Positions 37,201-50,705 of a stretch of DNA of 64,000 nucleotides are shown one piece after another. Source of the stretch: Rhina ancylostomus (Eukaryota); NCBI GenBank assembly GCA_030265395.1, contig JARFYF010000057.1, positions 20,452,973 to 20,516,972 on the forward strand. Reading direction: 5' to 3'. The notes beneath the pieces were generated by a model. The model had not been told where the DNA came from. It ran no database searches and saw nothing but the letters and a program-made list of their open reading frames with translations. Made by a program: the position numbers and the translations under genes. Positions within the stretch are counted from its first letter, which is position 1. Each line of letters begins with the position of its first letter.

Positions 37201-40003
37201 CAAGCAATATATCAGAACACCCCAACTTCAGAAATGCAACAGCATTTCCCAGTCCCTCACTTGTCATTTCCTGACCCTAATGATTATCAAGATGTGTCAA
37301 TTTTTTTTTGCTCTGAGTCTTTTTTTTTGCTGTGTCTGGACAAAGTCTACAGTCAGAATTCAGGCAGTGCAAGTTCAGCCCATGAAATGGCAGAAAAGCC
37401 GTTCTTCCAGCACTGCGTGNNNNNNNNNNNAGAGGTGAAAGAGTAGTGTCCAACTCTTTGCAATGAGTTCTCCGAAGAACCTATGCATTTTCTCCCTTTC
37501 TTCCTCCAGTTCTGATGTCCAGGCTTCAGAAACATCCAGTCAGCCAGCCAGAGGCAAGAAAGGGAAACACAACAACAACAACCTGGAGGAACGTAGGTGA
37601 GGTTGAATGATCTTTTCAAGTGACCTTTGAGACATTTAACGAATGACGCTGATTGAAAGAAAAACATTGCACCCTATAATTCATACTGGTATTTAAAATA
37701 CATAGTATAATTTTAGATGAGATTAAATGCAATAACTTTATTTGATATTTACAGTCTTAGAGTTTTTAGATCAAGCTACATTACTAATTTCCCAACACAA
37801 TTTATGGCTGAATCGAAGTCCTATGTAGGCAAAGATATTTCAACCCTTCATATAAAAATGGCTAATTCTATACTTAAAAGTAACCTTTTTAAGTTAAAAC
37901 TAGATCTATAATAAACCACAAACAATTCACTTTTATAGATACAAAAATCCTCAGGAGAAATATGATCCACATTTGCCATGCTACTGGCTTTAAGTGATGC
38001 ACATTTTTAATGAAAAATCAATAATTTTTGGCAAACAGCCTTTTTCCTCGGTTTAAATTTGAGACTTATTGCTTGGACACCCATTGTTTCCTAAGGTCTC
38101 AGTATTCATTTCTCCTCTGTCTCTCCTCTGCTGCACCTTTGGGCTTTGAAAACCCAGATTAATGAATTAATGATTAAATTCATTAATCGCTGTATCATAG
38201 TTTCCTTTACCTTTTCAAATTTGGTAATGTTCTCCACTGTTGTTCTTGACTCCATGTGTAAGTTTCACAGTCAAGAAAGATCTCTGGACATGGAATGAGT
38301 GAGATGTGGTGGTTATGGGTTGCAACAGAAAGGTCATATTCTGAGAAGGCTTGCTCTGTTTGACTTTGCCTGGAGTTACCCATGCTCTCAGTGTTATATA
38401 CAGGAGCTTATCCTCTGGAAAATAGGCAGCCACATACTACAGTGCCTTGACATAGGAAATATTGACAAATGAGCTCTTTTTCTGAATTCCAATATGAAAT
38501 ATTCTCTTCATTATAACCAGTATTAATGCTTAATAGTGGTATGATGTCTGTGTGCCTGGTTTACATTTTATTTGTGCATCCACCCAGCATAAAGACCTCA
38601 AATAAACCCTGAAGTAACAGCATATTTTTAAGATATTCAATGGTAATGGGCCCCTTGTCAAACAGCTGGAAGCTTCAGATGTGATAGCTTACATCCTTCA
38701 AATTTATGTCATTTATTCTTTATTGTGAGTTTTTGTGCTGACCAGGCTTACTGGTGGGAAATGGTTCAGAGTTTTAACCCCATGAGATAAACAACTAATG
38801 GGAGTAGCCTGGCTCATAGTCAATTAGTAACACCATCAGTCCACAGGGTAGGAATGTGACCAACTTCAAAACATTCTGAATGCTATTCTACACTAAATGT
38901 TCCAATATTCATCAGAATATAAAACTCTCCCTTTTATTAATTCATGTGCTATGGGCAATATTTTATTGCTGCTGGAAAATCTTAATAATACTGGGTTGTG
39001 TTGTCTTTAGTTAGAAGACGACATCTTGTCATACATTCTGCATAGGTTCCAGGTCATGTAGGTTCTTTACAGCATGCTAACCTGATGGTTATTGAAATCA
39101 TTATGTTCCCACCAGCCAGACTCTGGAATCTTTATGCTGGTACATTCAATGCATTGTATTTTACAGCAGTTAGAGCCCTGAGTTATCATAATCCAGTTAG
39201 GGGCTTCCTGAGTGTATATTTGTAAGTAAATACTGGAAATCTGTGTTAGTAATCTGTGTTTAATTCTACAGCCTACCCTTTTATTGCAGTATCCCTGAAC
39301 TGGAGCACTGCAGGCAGAGTGGAATTATAGAATGCCTTGAGTGCTAAGTCTCAGAATTTCAGGCTGCTATTTCATAAATCCCGCAGTGGACATTTTTGTG
39401 GAGTTTCCTAAACAGACCCTGAAATAAGACAGTAGTAATTCAGAGCAGAGACTAAGGAATTCACAAATCTCTCATTTGAAGAGACTCATGATAATACTGG
39501 ATTGAAGGAAAGAATTGCATGGCTAATTTTTAAGGTTTGTGGAATTGTCCATTGAAAGCAAGAGGTGTAATATGATCTGGACAATAAACCTAAATATAAC
39601 CTTTAGCTTATTTGTCAGTCATAAATGTCCTTAAGCATTTAAGTGGCTCCAGTTGTGGGATGTGAAGGATGTTCAAGAAAACTGTAAAACTTGAACTGAA
39701 TTAAACAAAAGAGGGAATTAGTGTTATGTTTAGACAGGCACAAAACATGTATGGACAAAGATCAATCATCTCTTATTGTCAGCTAAAAGTATATATAGAG
39801 AGTCCGAACTCCAAGTAAGTTGAATTCTTGTTAAGGTAGTCACAACACTGCAACCTATCTGATATTCATAATTTAAACTCCAATGAGCAAATCACAAAAA
39901 CTAATAGTGCTATCATTTCTCAACATCCTCTGTATGCTCGTATTCACACAATATACTAATCTAATCCTCCAGGATGTGGTGTTAAGTGTCTTCCCTGGAG
40001 CAT

Positions 40004-40211
40004 TCAACCTCCAAGGCCCCACCACCTCAATCTTGGTGCAGGAGCTCGTGTAGGCCCTCCTCTCTCAGGTGGGATAAAGTAGTGATCTAATCCCAGTTCA
40101 TACATGCAGTAGCAATTGTAGGCCAGCATCGCCAAGGTTGGGAAAAATGTCAACCCAAATCCAAATCCACGATAGGCGCTGCTCAATCCAGCCGTAATCC
40201 AATATAGCAGC
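40004..40211 (-). CDS. TMEM79-like last coding exon
   Basis: CAG|(R)LLYWITAGLSSAYRGFGFGLTFFPTLAMLAYNCYCMY...WWGLGG*, resembling TMEM79 [25 protein letters not shown]. Confidence 0.9.
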
Positions 40212-40934
40212 CTGCAAGAAATTGCATCAATTATAAGCTAAGTGATACAATCAGGATCTTCGACAAATCAGTTGACTGGTGTGTATGCATGTACATATCA
40301 GTGTATTTGTGTTTTGTTTTATTGAAAGGCCCAAAATGGTATCTCTTTTGCTCTCTAGATCTTGCCTGACCAACTGAGTGTTTCAAGCATTTCAACTTTT
40401 ACTTCAGACTTCCAGCATCCGTGATAATCTGCTTCTGAGTATGTCACTGTGCTTATGTCCATGTAGGTATGGACAGGAGTGTGTGCATCAGCATTTGTAT
40501 GTCAATCTGCACTTGCCTGAGAAAGCATTAAGTATATTCTGGAAATTGTTACTCTCTTTCATACAACTTGAATAAAACTGTAAGAATATAACTTGCTTTG
40601 TTCTGGTGGCAGGATAAGAGGGAACAAAAAGTAGTATTCAAAACCAAGGGACGAACAGAAAGTTATTTCCACCACTTGGTAAACTAGTAATTGTGTGATA
40701 TAATGTTATGAATGTATAAAAGAAAAGGGGGATGGGAAGATAGAGTACAATATCCAGAGCTTGTCAAATTCCTGTCAACTTATCCTCTGACAGCCCATAA
40801 GCTTTCTAGCATCTAACAAGACACAAATCAGGAGTGTTAAGGAATACTCAGCACCTGGCTGGATTGGTACAGATACTCACTAACCAGGACAAAGCAGTTC
40901 AATTGATCAGCACCCCAACCACCATCCTGAACCT

Positions 40935-41345
40935 TCAAGAACACAAGAATATAGGAACAGGAATGGGCCATGTGTCCTGCCTGCCATTCAATATATCCAT
41001 AGCTAATCTACGGTGGCCTCAACTCCTCTCCTGTACTATTTCCCCATAGCACTTAATCTTTCAAAAATTTATCTACTTCCACCTTAAGTACTTCTGATGA
41101 TCTAGCCTTCACAGCCCTAACAGGGCACAGAATTCCAGTGATTCACTCCCTTTGTGAAAAGAAATTTTTACACATCCCCATGTAAATGACCAGCCCCTTA
41201 TCTTGTGGCTATGTCCCCTCATACGAGACTCTCCCACTAGGAAAAAACATCTCAATGGCTACCCTGTCATGCTGCCAGGATCTAGTATGTCTTAATAAAT
41301 GCACCCCTCATTCTTCTAAACTCTAAAGAATGCAGACCCAAACTG
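40935..41345 (-). mobile_element. CR1-type LINE 3' fragment
   Basis: AAGAACACAAGAATATAGGAACAGGA tail and a reverse-strand CR1 C-terminal remnant. Confidence 0.7.
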
Positions 41346-42689
41346 TTTAAACCCCTCTTAATAAAATCTTCTGTGAGCAGAGTACCATGGTTGAACTGTT
41401 TGCCATCTACAATCTGCAGCAACTTAATGAGCCTTCTTCAATAACACCACCCACTCATGATATCTACAGCTAGAGGAATTAAGGGTAGCTGGTGCATGGA
41501 AGTACCGCCACCTCAGTTGTAGTTGGATGTTTAATGGCTGTTTCTTCTCACGGTTTGGTCAAAATCCTGCCACCACCTGCCTAACAGGACTGTGTGAGCA
41601 CCATAGCTGGTGGGATGCAGTGATTTTGGAAGGTAAGTTTGCTTTTCCTCAAATCATCACCTTCTCTGGGACAATTAGCGATGGGCAATAAATGGTGGTC
41701 ATTACAATGGCTTCTTCATACCTCAAATGAACAATAAAAGCAACACATAAAAGGGAAAGAGAAACATACATATAAGAAGAAAAATGTTTTAAAAATATGG
41801 AGAAATATGAGCCTGGAGTAGATATCTCTTGGCTGGGTACAATAGGTAAGCTAAATGGTATCTAGTTGTTGAGATTTCAAGGATTATTTAATTGAGAATG
41901 CACTACTGTAAATAATTCCTTCATGTTCCCTCGTTGATTTTTGTGTGTTTAAGAAGCTTAGTAATGTGTTGGATAAATGTCTGTGTTTATTTCAGATTCC
42001 TGTTAAATAGGTAGATGTGTGAGTTGTCCATTAACAGGTGTTATAGCATTTTGGTGCGTTATAAAGTTCCTATCAGCAGAATCCAAATGTTCCAGGTTCT
42101 TAGTAACAGCATGATGTGTAAATCTGAGATTTACAGCTTGGTCTAGGTAGATTTATCATAAGGCATTTATAAAATCTGCAAACATTTACAGCAGTTCTAG
42201 CAAAGTGATGCAGTAAAACTGAATCTATTTTGAAGCACAGGTATAATTAACACAAAGTGGTTCTATTACCACCAAGCAGATTAACCAATTCAGAGTAAGA
42301 AACTGCTTGGGGATAAAATTAAAACCTGATCCAACTATGGCCAATTCCAACCTGACTCGAGTTTGAGGAATTATATTTTTAATATACCCAACCCATCCCA
42401 CATTGGTCCCAAAGGACTTGGGTTAGGGAGCTAGGCTCTAAGCATTGACCTTCGGTGCATTTACTTACAAAGAGTTGTCTCACCTGATCTGATTGGAGCC
42501 CAAGGGCCTATAATTTTTTGGGAGGCCTGACCTAACCTGCATCTGATACATGGAGTCAGGTTTGATCAGGTCAAAGTCAGGTAGCCAGGCTCCAATTCAG
42601 AGAATGGATGGAATCACTGTTCCTAATCAGTCGAAAATGACCCTTCTTTATGTGTGGGCCAACAGGGAGAGGGTTGTTACACTATTTAT

Positions 42690-43450
42690 AGACTTAGAGA
42701 ATTGTTATGAAGCAGAAGAAAGCCAGTCAGACCATTGAATCCATATCAGTATCCAGAAACCCATTAGCCCCACAGACCTACTCTTTCCCTGAACTCTTAC
42801 AAGCTTTTTTCCTCAATCATCTGTACAATTAAAAACCCTGACTGATTCTGTTTCCACTTCATTCATAGGCAGCAGGTTCCAGATCATCACTAATTTCTAT
42901 GATTTTTTTCTCNNNNNNNNNNNNNNNNNNNNNNNNNNNNNNNNNNNNNNNNNNNNNNNNNNNNNNNNNNNNNNNNNNNNNNNNNNNNNNNNNNNNNNNN
43001 NNNNNNNNNNNNTTCTATGATTTTTTTCTCATATCCCCACTTGTATCTTCTGCTTTGACTTTTAAATCCTTTAAATCTATGCTCAATGACACTCCCTCCC
43101 TTATCCCTGGAAATAAAGGAGGATCTGCTCTACTAATTGGAATAGCTCCCCTCTAACTTATATTAAGCAGTCACAAACCTGTATATCTCTATGTGATCCT
43201 CTCTAAACCTTCTTTGATCCAAGTAAAATAACTCCAGCTTCTCCAGGCTAAACTCAGAGCTGAAATCCCTCATCCGTGGAACCATGTCTAGGACCTGTGA
43301 TCCTTCTTAAATTGTGGTAACCAGAACTGAATGCAATACTCCAGGTGTAGCCTAACGAGTGTTCTATACAGATTCAACATAACATTCCTGCTTTTGCATG
43401 CTGGGTCTAGAAATATGGAATCTAGAATCCCATATGCTTGATTAACTACC
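42690..43450 (-). mobile_element. Decayed CR1-type LINE fragment
   Basis: ACCAGAACTGAATGCAATACTCCAGGTGT (reverse reads HLEYCIQFW) plus 3' tail remnants. Confidence 0.7.
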
Positions 43451-43939
43451 CCCTCAACATGTTCCACGACTGCATATATCCTTTAGAGCACTGCTAATTA
43501 GTCTATATTTAGTTCTGCTTATTAGTCTATATTGTGTCTTTCCTTTTCTTTCTGCGCACTTCTCTTTCTCTGTCTCCTGTCTGCCTATCTATCGGCCAGT
43601 CCATGTCTTCTTGCAATCTATTACAATCCTCTTCACAATTCCAAATTTCATGTCATATTATTATGTAAGGTATCACAACAGAGGCCACTCACACAGATCC
43701 TATTGGATGGTGATAAGGTCTGGAAGACTAGCTAATACTACTTGCACAATTCCTTAATCCTGATGGTACTAGTCCTGCTACCCCAGTTGAACTTGACTCA
43801 ATGTAAAGGTAAGCCCTTGAGTAAATCTTTGTATGTGTGCTCACTCACACTGGATGGTCCATTGGGAGAATTCAGCCACCATTAGCCTTTGAGAAACTCA
43901 TAACGACACCAGCAATGCCTACTTCATATTGGTTATCAC

Positions 43940-44153
43940 CTTGCCACTGCAAAGAGCCCAGATAATATGGGAATGATCTTCAGGTGCTCCTGATGAAGGT
44001 AGGTTGCCATAACAGCCATGTTGATAAAGTAGATTATAAACTGTTCAATGGAATTGCCAACGTATCTCTGATGAATAAGAACAGCACGAACATTAGTGTC
44101 CAAGGGATCAATGGCAGTAGAGCAAAGCCGGGACAGAGAACCTATCACAACAC
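43940..44153 (-). CDS. TMEM79-like middle coding exon (MAPEG-like core)
   Basis: TTTCCAG|(G)VVIGSLSRLCSTAIDPLDTNVRAVLIHQRYVGNSIEQFIIYFINMAVMATYLHQEHLKIIPILSGLFAVA(R)|GTGAT; 214 nt, phases compatible with both neighbouring exons. Confidence 0.9.
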
Positions 44154-46514
44154 CTGGAAAAGATCAAATGAGATCAAAATCAAGAGTCAGTCAGATCAGG
44201 AGCAGCAAAACCATGTCCGAAAAGAATTCTATCAACATTTTCAACTCAAGGTATTTTGCATTATAAAATTATAAGAAACTGTTGAATAATCCAGTTGAAT
44301 GTGTCTTTTGATTGAAGATAAAATTTGCTCGGATGAGTTGGTGCAATGATTTTTCAACATGGTGTGCCAATGTGAAGGGATTAATCCTGGCCATAAAGAA
44401 CTAAGGATGCAAGAGATTGACTCAGTTTATCTGAGTATTATTAGCAACGCTGCCAACTAGTTTCATTGAGAAAATGGTTATGAGACATCTACTTGATCTG
44501 CTGCAATCCATAAAGTGAAAATGATCCCAAAGTACTGCTGGGAAGGGAATGCCAAGTTTGTAATCCCGCAAGAATGAATTATGTCGAAATCAGGATGTGT
44601 GCGCCTTGAAGAGGAACTTGTGTTCCAATGCAACTGCTACCTTTGTCCCAAACAATAGAAGCTGTGAGCTTTATGTTTTGCACATAGAAAGACAGAAAGA
44701 TCCAGTCACTGGNNNNNNNNNNNNNNNNNNNNNNNNNNNNNNNNNNNNNNNNNNNNNNNNNNNNNNNNNNNNNNNNNNNNNNNNNNNNNNNNNNNNNNNN
44801 NNNNNNNNNNNNTGGAAATGGATGACTGATACACAATGGAGGATCAGTGGGAATGCATTCATATAAAATTCCTTTCAGCTATTGTAACAATGTTGACTAT
44901 TACAACTCAAAAATGAAAGAGGACATAATATCAATATATACTGTTATTCTTAAGATAACCTGCAACATTTTTGGGAAAAACTTTTTTTATATAAGCCTTC
45001 CCTGAGTCAGATGACAAAGCAGTCCACTGGCGGATGTTATTTTGTAATTATTATTTTATAATTAATTCAAAGGTGACTCATTTAGCCAGCCCCAGCTTCA
45101 CTGTCACGACCAATATAGCAACTAAAATCTTCGTATGAAATTGAAGCATTAATTAATAAAGCATGACAAAGATCCTTGGACCAGGTGGATTACACTGAAC
45201 CTTTGAAAGACATCTTAAATGTCCATTGAGGCTCAGGATTATCCATCGCTGTCACTGTGGAATAACCTTGATTTATTTTTGTTTCAACAGAGAAAGCAAT
45301 TACAGGTTCATGCGTTCTCTAGGTCCTGGGGGAGGTGAACAGGATGGGTTCTCTGTTATTGAGGGAGTCAAAGACATTGTTTATTTTGTCTGATATTGTG
45401 GCTACGCAGTCAGTATAAAAAGGATAACTTTTGGAACACAGTCCATTCTCAACATTTGTTAGGGTATGGGCAATGCTAGAAAATGTCATCAAAGGTGGTA
45501 ACTAAAGATGGGTTATTTGACCACACATTGGAGGTGGGAGATCAGGAACTGGAGAAAAGACCCTGTGGTCTAAGTAATTAACTAAATGAAGAACTGATGT
45601 GAGGTGTTCCCATAAAGTAGGAGATAAAAAAAGTGTTTGGAGGCAATGGGAATTAAATCTTTTCAGGAGAGAGAGAGAAAGAGATGGGAAGGGATCTACA
45701 GGGATTTCCATGTAAGTGTAAGAAAAATGTACAGAAAGAAAGGCAGTAGGAGACAAAATGGAAAATTAAAGCTCACTGAGTGGGAGTGAAACAGAATTAC
45801 AACTATATGAAGGGAGGAATGTAGTAGGCTGAAGTGGCATTTCTCACTGATTTATTAGAAGAGTTAGCCAGAAATAAGCAGGTTAATGCATTCATTAAAA
45901 TACCAATCATAAAATTGGTAAATTGGTTTATCATTAACACGTAGCAAGGTACAGTGAAAAACTGTGTTTTGCATGCCATCCATACAGATCATTTCATTAC
46001 AACAGTGTCGTTAGGTAGTACAAGGGAAAACAATAACAGAATGCGGTATGAAGTGTTACAGTTACAGAGAAAGTGTAGTGCAGGTAGACAATAAGGTGCA
46101 AGGCCATAACGAAGTAGATTGTGCGGTCAAGATATCCCTATAATATTCATAATATTATAAGAATCTGCAAAGTGTTTTTCTTATAGTCTATAATTACTAC
46201 CCAAATACATCTTAAATGGAAAATTAACCAGTCCTTCACCTTGAAAGTGGGAGCAATGTGGAACATGCTACACAGGGAGAGGTTAGATGAACATTATAGA
46301 TGAGAGAATTTAGCACATCATTGAAAAAAATAGAGGGTGATAGAAATGAAGTAAGATAGCAGTGAATACAAGATAAGCTGAAGTAAATTATAAACATTGT
46401 CACAGGCTGGGTGGGCTGAATAACTGCTTTTCTGCTGTATTCTAGTTGTAAATTCTATGAAATACTTTTAAAATGTGGAATTTCTTAGGAAAGAATGGAG
46501 TTCTAACTCTGTCA

Positions 46515-47661
46515 TTTATTCTGTCTGTTAATGGGAACGTGTTTCATTTTCACATTCTTTTGAAACTACTGAAATTAATCTTTAATTAAAATATGTATTT
46601 TTATATTCAGGAAATAAATTCTTACATTGCTACCTTCCTTGGATAGGATAAGAGAAATGATCTTGACCCTCATTAACAGTCAATTCACAGGAGAGGCAGC
46701 CTTCACTCTGTAACATCATCCAACTCTATGCTTTCCTCAGCCCACCAGCTGCTGAAACCCTCAAATGTGCCTTTGTTATCTCTAGACTTGCTTATCCTGA
46801 AGCATTCCTGACTGGCATCACTTGTTCTATTCTTTGTAAAGGAGGTCTTTCAAACAGAGAATGGAGGGATATGGCCATTGTGCAGGCGGAAGGGATTAGG
46901 TTAGTTGGGCGTTTAATTGAGTTAATTAGATTGGCACAACATCGTGGGCCGAAGGCCTGTTCCTCTGCTGTACTGTTCTATGTTCTATGTTCTAAAACTC
47001 TGCTGTACTTGTTCTAACTCACACCAAGTGCTGTTTATGTCTTCAGCTGCCCAGCTCTGGAATTCTCCAAATCTCTCCTTTCATCCTTCAGCACAAAAAT
47101 GGGTGGTAGTGTGCACTTGTGGAACATGCAAAAAGATTAAGGCAGATATAGAAAGGTTAAATGTACGGGCAATGATGATGCAGATGGAATAGAATATGGA
47201 AAAGATGTGAGGCCACCTCTTTGGTAGAAATAATGGAAATACAGAACATTGGTGAAATGATGGGAGATTCAAAATTGTTGGTGTTCAGAAGGACCTGGTT
47301 GTACTTGAATACGAATCACTGAAAGTTAACATGCAGCTACTGCAAGCAATTAGCAAACAGACACAGCAAGCAACTGGTATGTTGGCCATAATATTGCAAG
47401 ATGATTTGCATAGAAGAGCAATTATATAGGGTGAGACTGCACTTGGAATATTATGACTTTATTCTGTCTGTTAATGGGAATGTGTTTCATTTTCACATTC
47501 TTTTGTAACTACTGAAATTACTCTTTAATTAAAATATGTATTTTTGTATTCAGGCAATAAATTCCTATGTTGCTAGCTTCCTCAGATAAGATAATAGAAA
47601 TGGTCTTGACCCATTGAATACTGCAGCACCCTCATTAACAGTCAATTCACAGGAGAGGCAG
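46515..47661. repeat. Direct repeat of about 185-200 bp (46515-46699 and 47458-47661) flanking TE fragments
   Basis: Both copies run TTTATTCTGTCTGTTAATGGGAA...CAATTCACAGGAGAGGCAG, with scattered substitutions and one short indel. Confidence 0.9.
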
Positions 47662-50077
47662 GATGATCCAAATTTCAGTCTTGCAACCAAATAATTATTT
47701 TTAAAGGGCAACATTGTTAAAAGGCAAATGCAGCATTGACAATAGCGTATCATTGTTAATAAAAAAACAACCTGATTTAGTGAGGTTTTACACGACTTCT
47801 CATTAATCAACAAGGGCCATTGCATATAATATCTGGTTTACTGTTGGAATTATAGAAATACAGCACTAGTAAGGCCATTGGGTCCATTGGCATTTGCTAT
47901 CCAACTCTTTGATTAGTGTTATGTCCACTAATCCTTTCCCTCATAAACTATTACAGACTGGTAAATTCATGAAAGAATATAAACCACCCTTTAGAATGTC
48001 CCAATGATTATCACTGGCAAAATAATCATGAATTGTAGTTATTATTGTCATATGAGTAATTGGTTCCTCTTTCCAAACAGAAATGCCAGAAATAACATTG
48101 GAACCACATATATCTTATGCCCATTTCTAAATCTCTGTCAGATGTATTGTCAGATGAGCCACTAAATCTGGGGTATTTTAACAGAGGCATTACACTGAAC
48201 AAATCACTGAGTGCTTCTGTTGAATTTCTGGACGTAGCAACTTGATACAAGTGCATTAAACGCTATTGCAGATTGTAATTTAAACCCCATGGCTTCCTGT
48301 GATGGAACGATAGTATTTTGAAATACTCCTTCAATCTGCAATGTGTTTTTGGAATTTTCTTTCAGCCGTAGCCGCAATTACTGGGACAGGTCACTCTACT
48401 GCTTAAAGATTTCCCACAGTGTTGGTCATGGTGTATTTGTCGTGCCTTCTTTCTTTTGCCCCAACAATAGTGGTCATGGTTTCAGCTGCCAAATCCCCAA
48501 ATTCTGGAAATACCTTCCTGCCTCCCTACCTCTCAGACTTCCTTTAATATCTCCTCCTTTGACCAAGCTCCTCTAATATCTGTCAAAATATAGTTGAGTC
48601 GTCTCCTGTGAGGCCCCTTGTGATTCTTCATAAACTGACAAGGGGCCTCACTAAATTCAAGCTTTTGTTGAAATCCCTGCTTGTTCAGCACTTTGTTTTT
48701 ACTCAATCAAACGGAACAGCTAACAGCAGCTTTCACTTCTCAGAGATGGGCAAGTAGCTTTGAAGTTTCTACCTGCACTGCACTTTCCCTGTAACTGCAA
48801 CACTATATTCTGCATTTTGCATTCCTTTTTACTCCCTCAATGCACGGATGTATGGGAGGCATACAGTACATATCTGTCTAGATGACATGCAAGCAAAAGC
48901 TTTTTACGGTATCTCGGTATATGTGACAATAATAAAACAATACCAGTACCAAGTGAAGCAGGAGTAGGCCATAGTCCTTCAAGCCTATTCGTCATTCAAT
49001 AAGGTCATGGCCAGCCCTATACTGCAAGTCCAATTTCTCACTCAATCTACAATTTCATTGCTATTCCAACATCTATCAATCTTAGTCTTCAGATTACTCA
49101 AACCTAGCATCATCATGTAAAAGAGAGAACTCTACAGATTTGCATGTCTCTGAGAGGAGAAATGTCTACTTTCTCAACCCTAAAAGGCGGACTCTTATTC
49201 TTGGGTTACAAGCCAAATTCTAAGTCCTCTATCCTCTTAGAATCAACACTATCAACCCCCCTCTGAAAGGTATTAGTTTCAATTAAATCGCCTCTTTTTC
49301 TTCAGAGCTCCAATGAATATTTAGGAAAAGCTTCCTTAATTTATCCCTGGAGGTCTGTGGGACTGTTGCAAGTAAGGAGGAAAGACTCATTGGCAAAATT
49401 CTGTGAACTATTTCTCTGAATCCGAATTAAAGGTCATCCGTTGGTCTCTGTCAGGCTAAGGAGCTAACAGCCTCAAAGAGTAAGTGATCACGATAACTCT
49501 CGGAGGAAAAGTCCTTACCCGGAAAAGGTTGAAAAATGTTGTAGGAATAATAAAGTTTGGGATCATTTAAAGGAAAAGCACAATGCTTTGATAATTGGGA
49601 AGGTTTGTGCAGTGGATCTGTGATGTCATGGAACCATCACATTGGCTCTCCCCTTGAAATCTCTAAACAATTAACTGATTACACCAGAGAACACATCTCC
49701 CACAGGGAAGAGGAAACATTTCCTTGTCTTCCATTTAGTGTCAGAAACAAGTATAGCTCCTTATTGAAATGTATTCTATTCTGTCTTTAATAGCATAGTC
49801 AGACCATACCCCTGCCTCATTACTTCCTGTTTAAGTGCAGCCCCAGGCACTGTTTTACAGCACAGCCCTCCACTGTGAAAATGTTTCCTGTGGTGTTCCC
49901 TAAAAAGTGGAATCCTTCTTGCTAAATAGTAGCCCAGGCATTCAATAAGGCTTGCTCCCTTCAGTTAAAGTGAACCTCAAGAGCCTCTGTGAAATTCATT
50001 GTAATATCACTTTCTTGCTATGTATAGCCTATGTTTAGTATTCAATGATGTATGAACACCTCTTCAGTTAGATCGTA

Positions 50078-50705
50078 GGAAAACACACCAGCACCTCTAC
50101 TTCTACTGAAGGCTAAGGAAATTTAGCATGTCCCCAGTGACTCTCACCAATTTTTACAGATGTGCCATAGAAAATATCTTGTCTCCTGCATCCCAGCTTT
50201 GAATGGCAACTGATCTGCCCCAGACAGCAAGGAACTGCAGAAAGTTGTAAAAACAGCCCTGTCCATCATGTAAACCAGTCTCCCCTCCATTGATGCTGTC
50301 TACACTTCCAGCTGCCCAGGAAAAGCAGCCAACATAATCAAGGGCCCTTCCCTCCCTGATCATTCTCTCTTCTCCCCCCTCCCATCGGGCAGAAGATACT
50401 AAAGCTCGAAAAGACCAGGCTCAAGGATAGCTTCTACCCTGTTGTTATCAGACTCTTAAACAGACCTCTTACACGCTAAAGATGAACTCCTGAACTCTTG
50501 ATTTCCTAATCTACCTTGCCATGGCCCTTGCACTGTATTTGTCTACCTGCACTGCACTTTCTCTGTTACTGTAACACTATACTTTGCATTCTGTTTTTTC
50601 TTTCCTTTTGTACTACCTCAGTATACTTATGTTTGGAATATGTAATGTCTGTCTGGATGGCATGCAGAAACGTTTCACTGTACATGTGACAATAATAAAC
50701 CAATT
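50078..50705 (+). mobile_element. Rex1/Babar-type LINE 3' end
   Basis: Translates as RLRKFSMSPVTLTNFYRCAIENILS; tail GTGACAATAATAAAC. Same tail at about 48770-48945 (+), 45915-46130 (-) and 3400-3542 (-). Confidence 0.75.
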
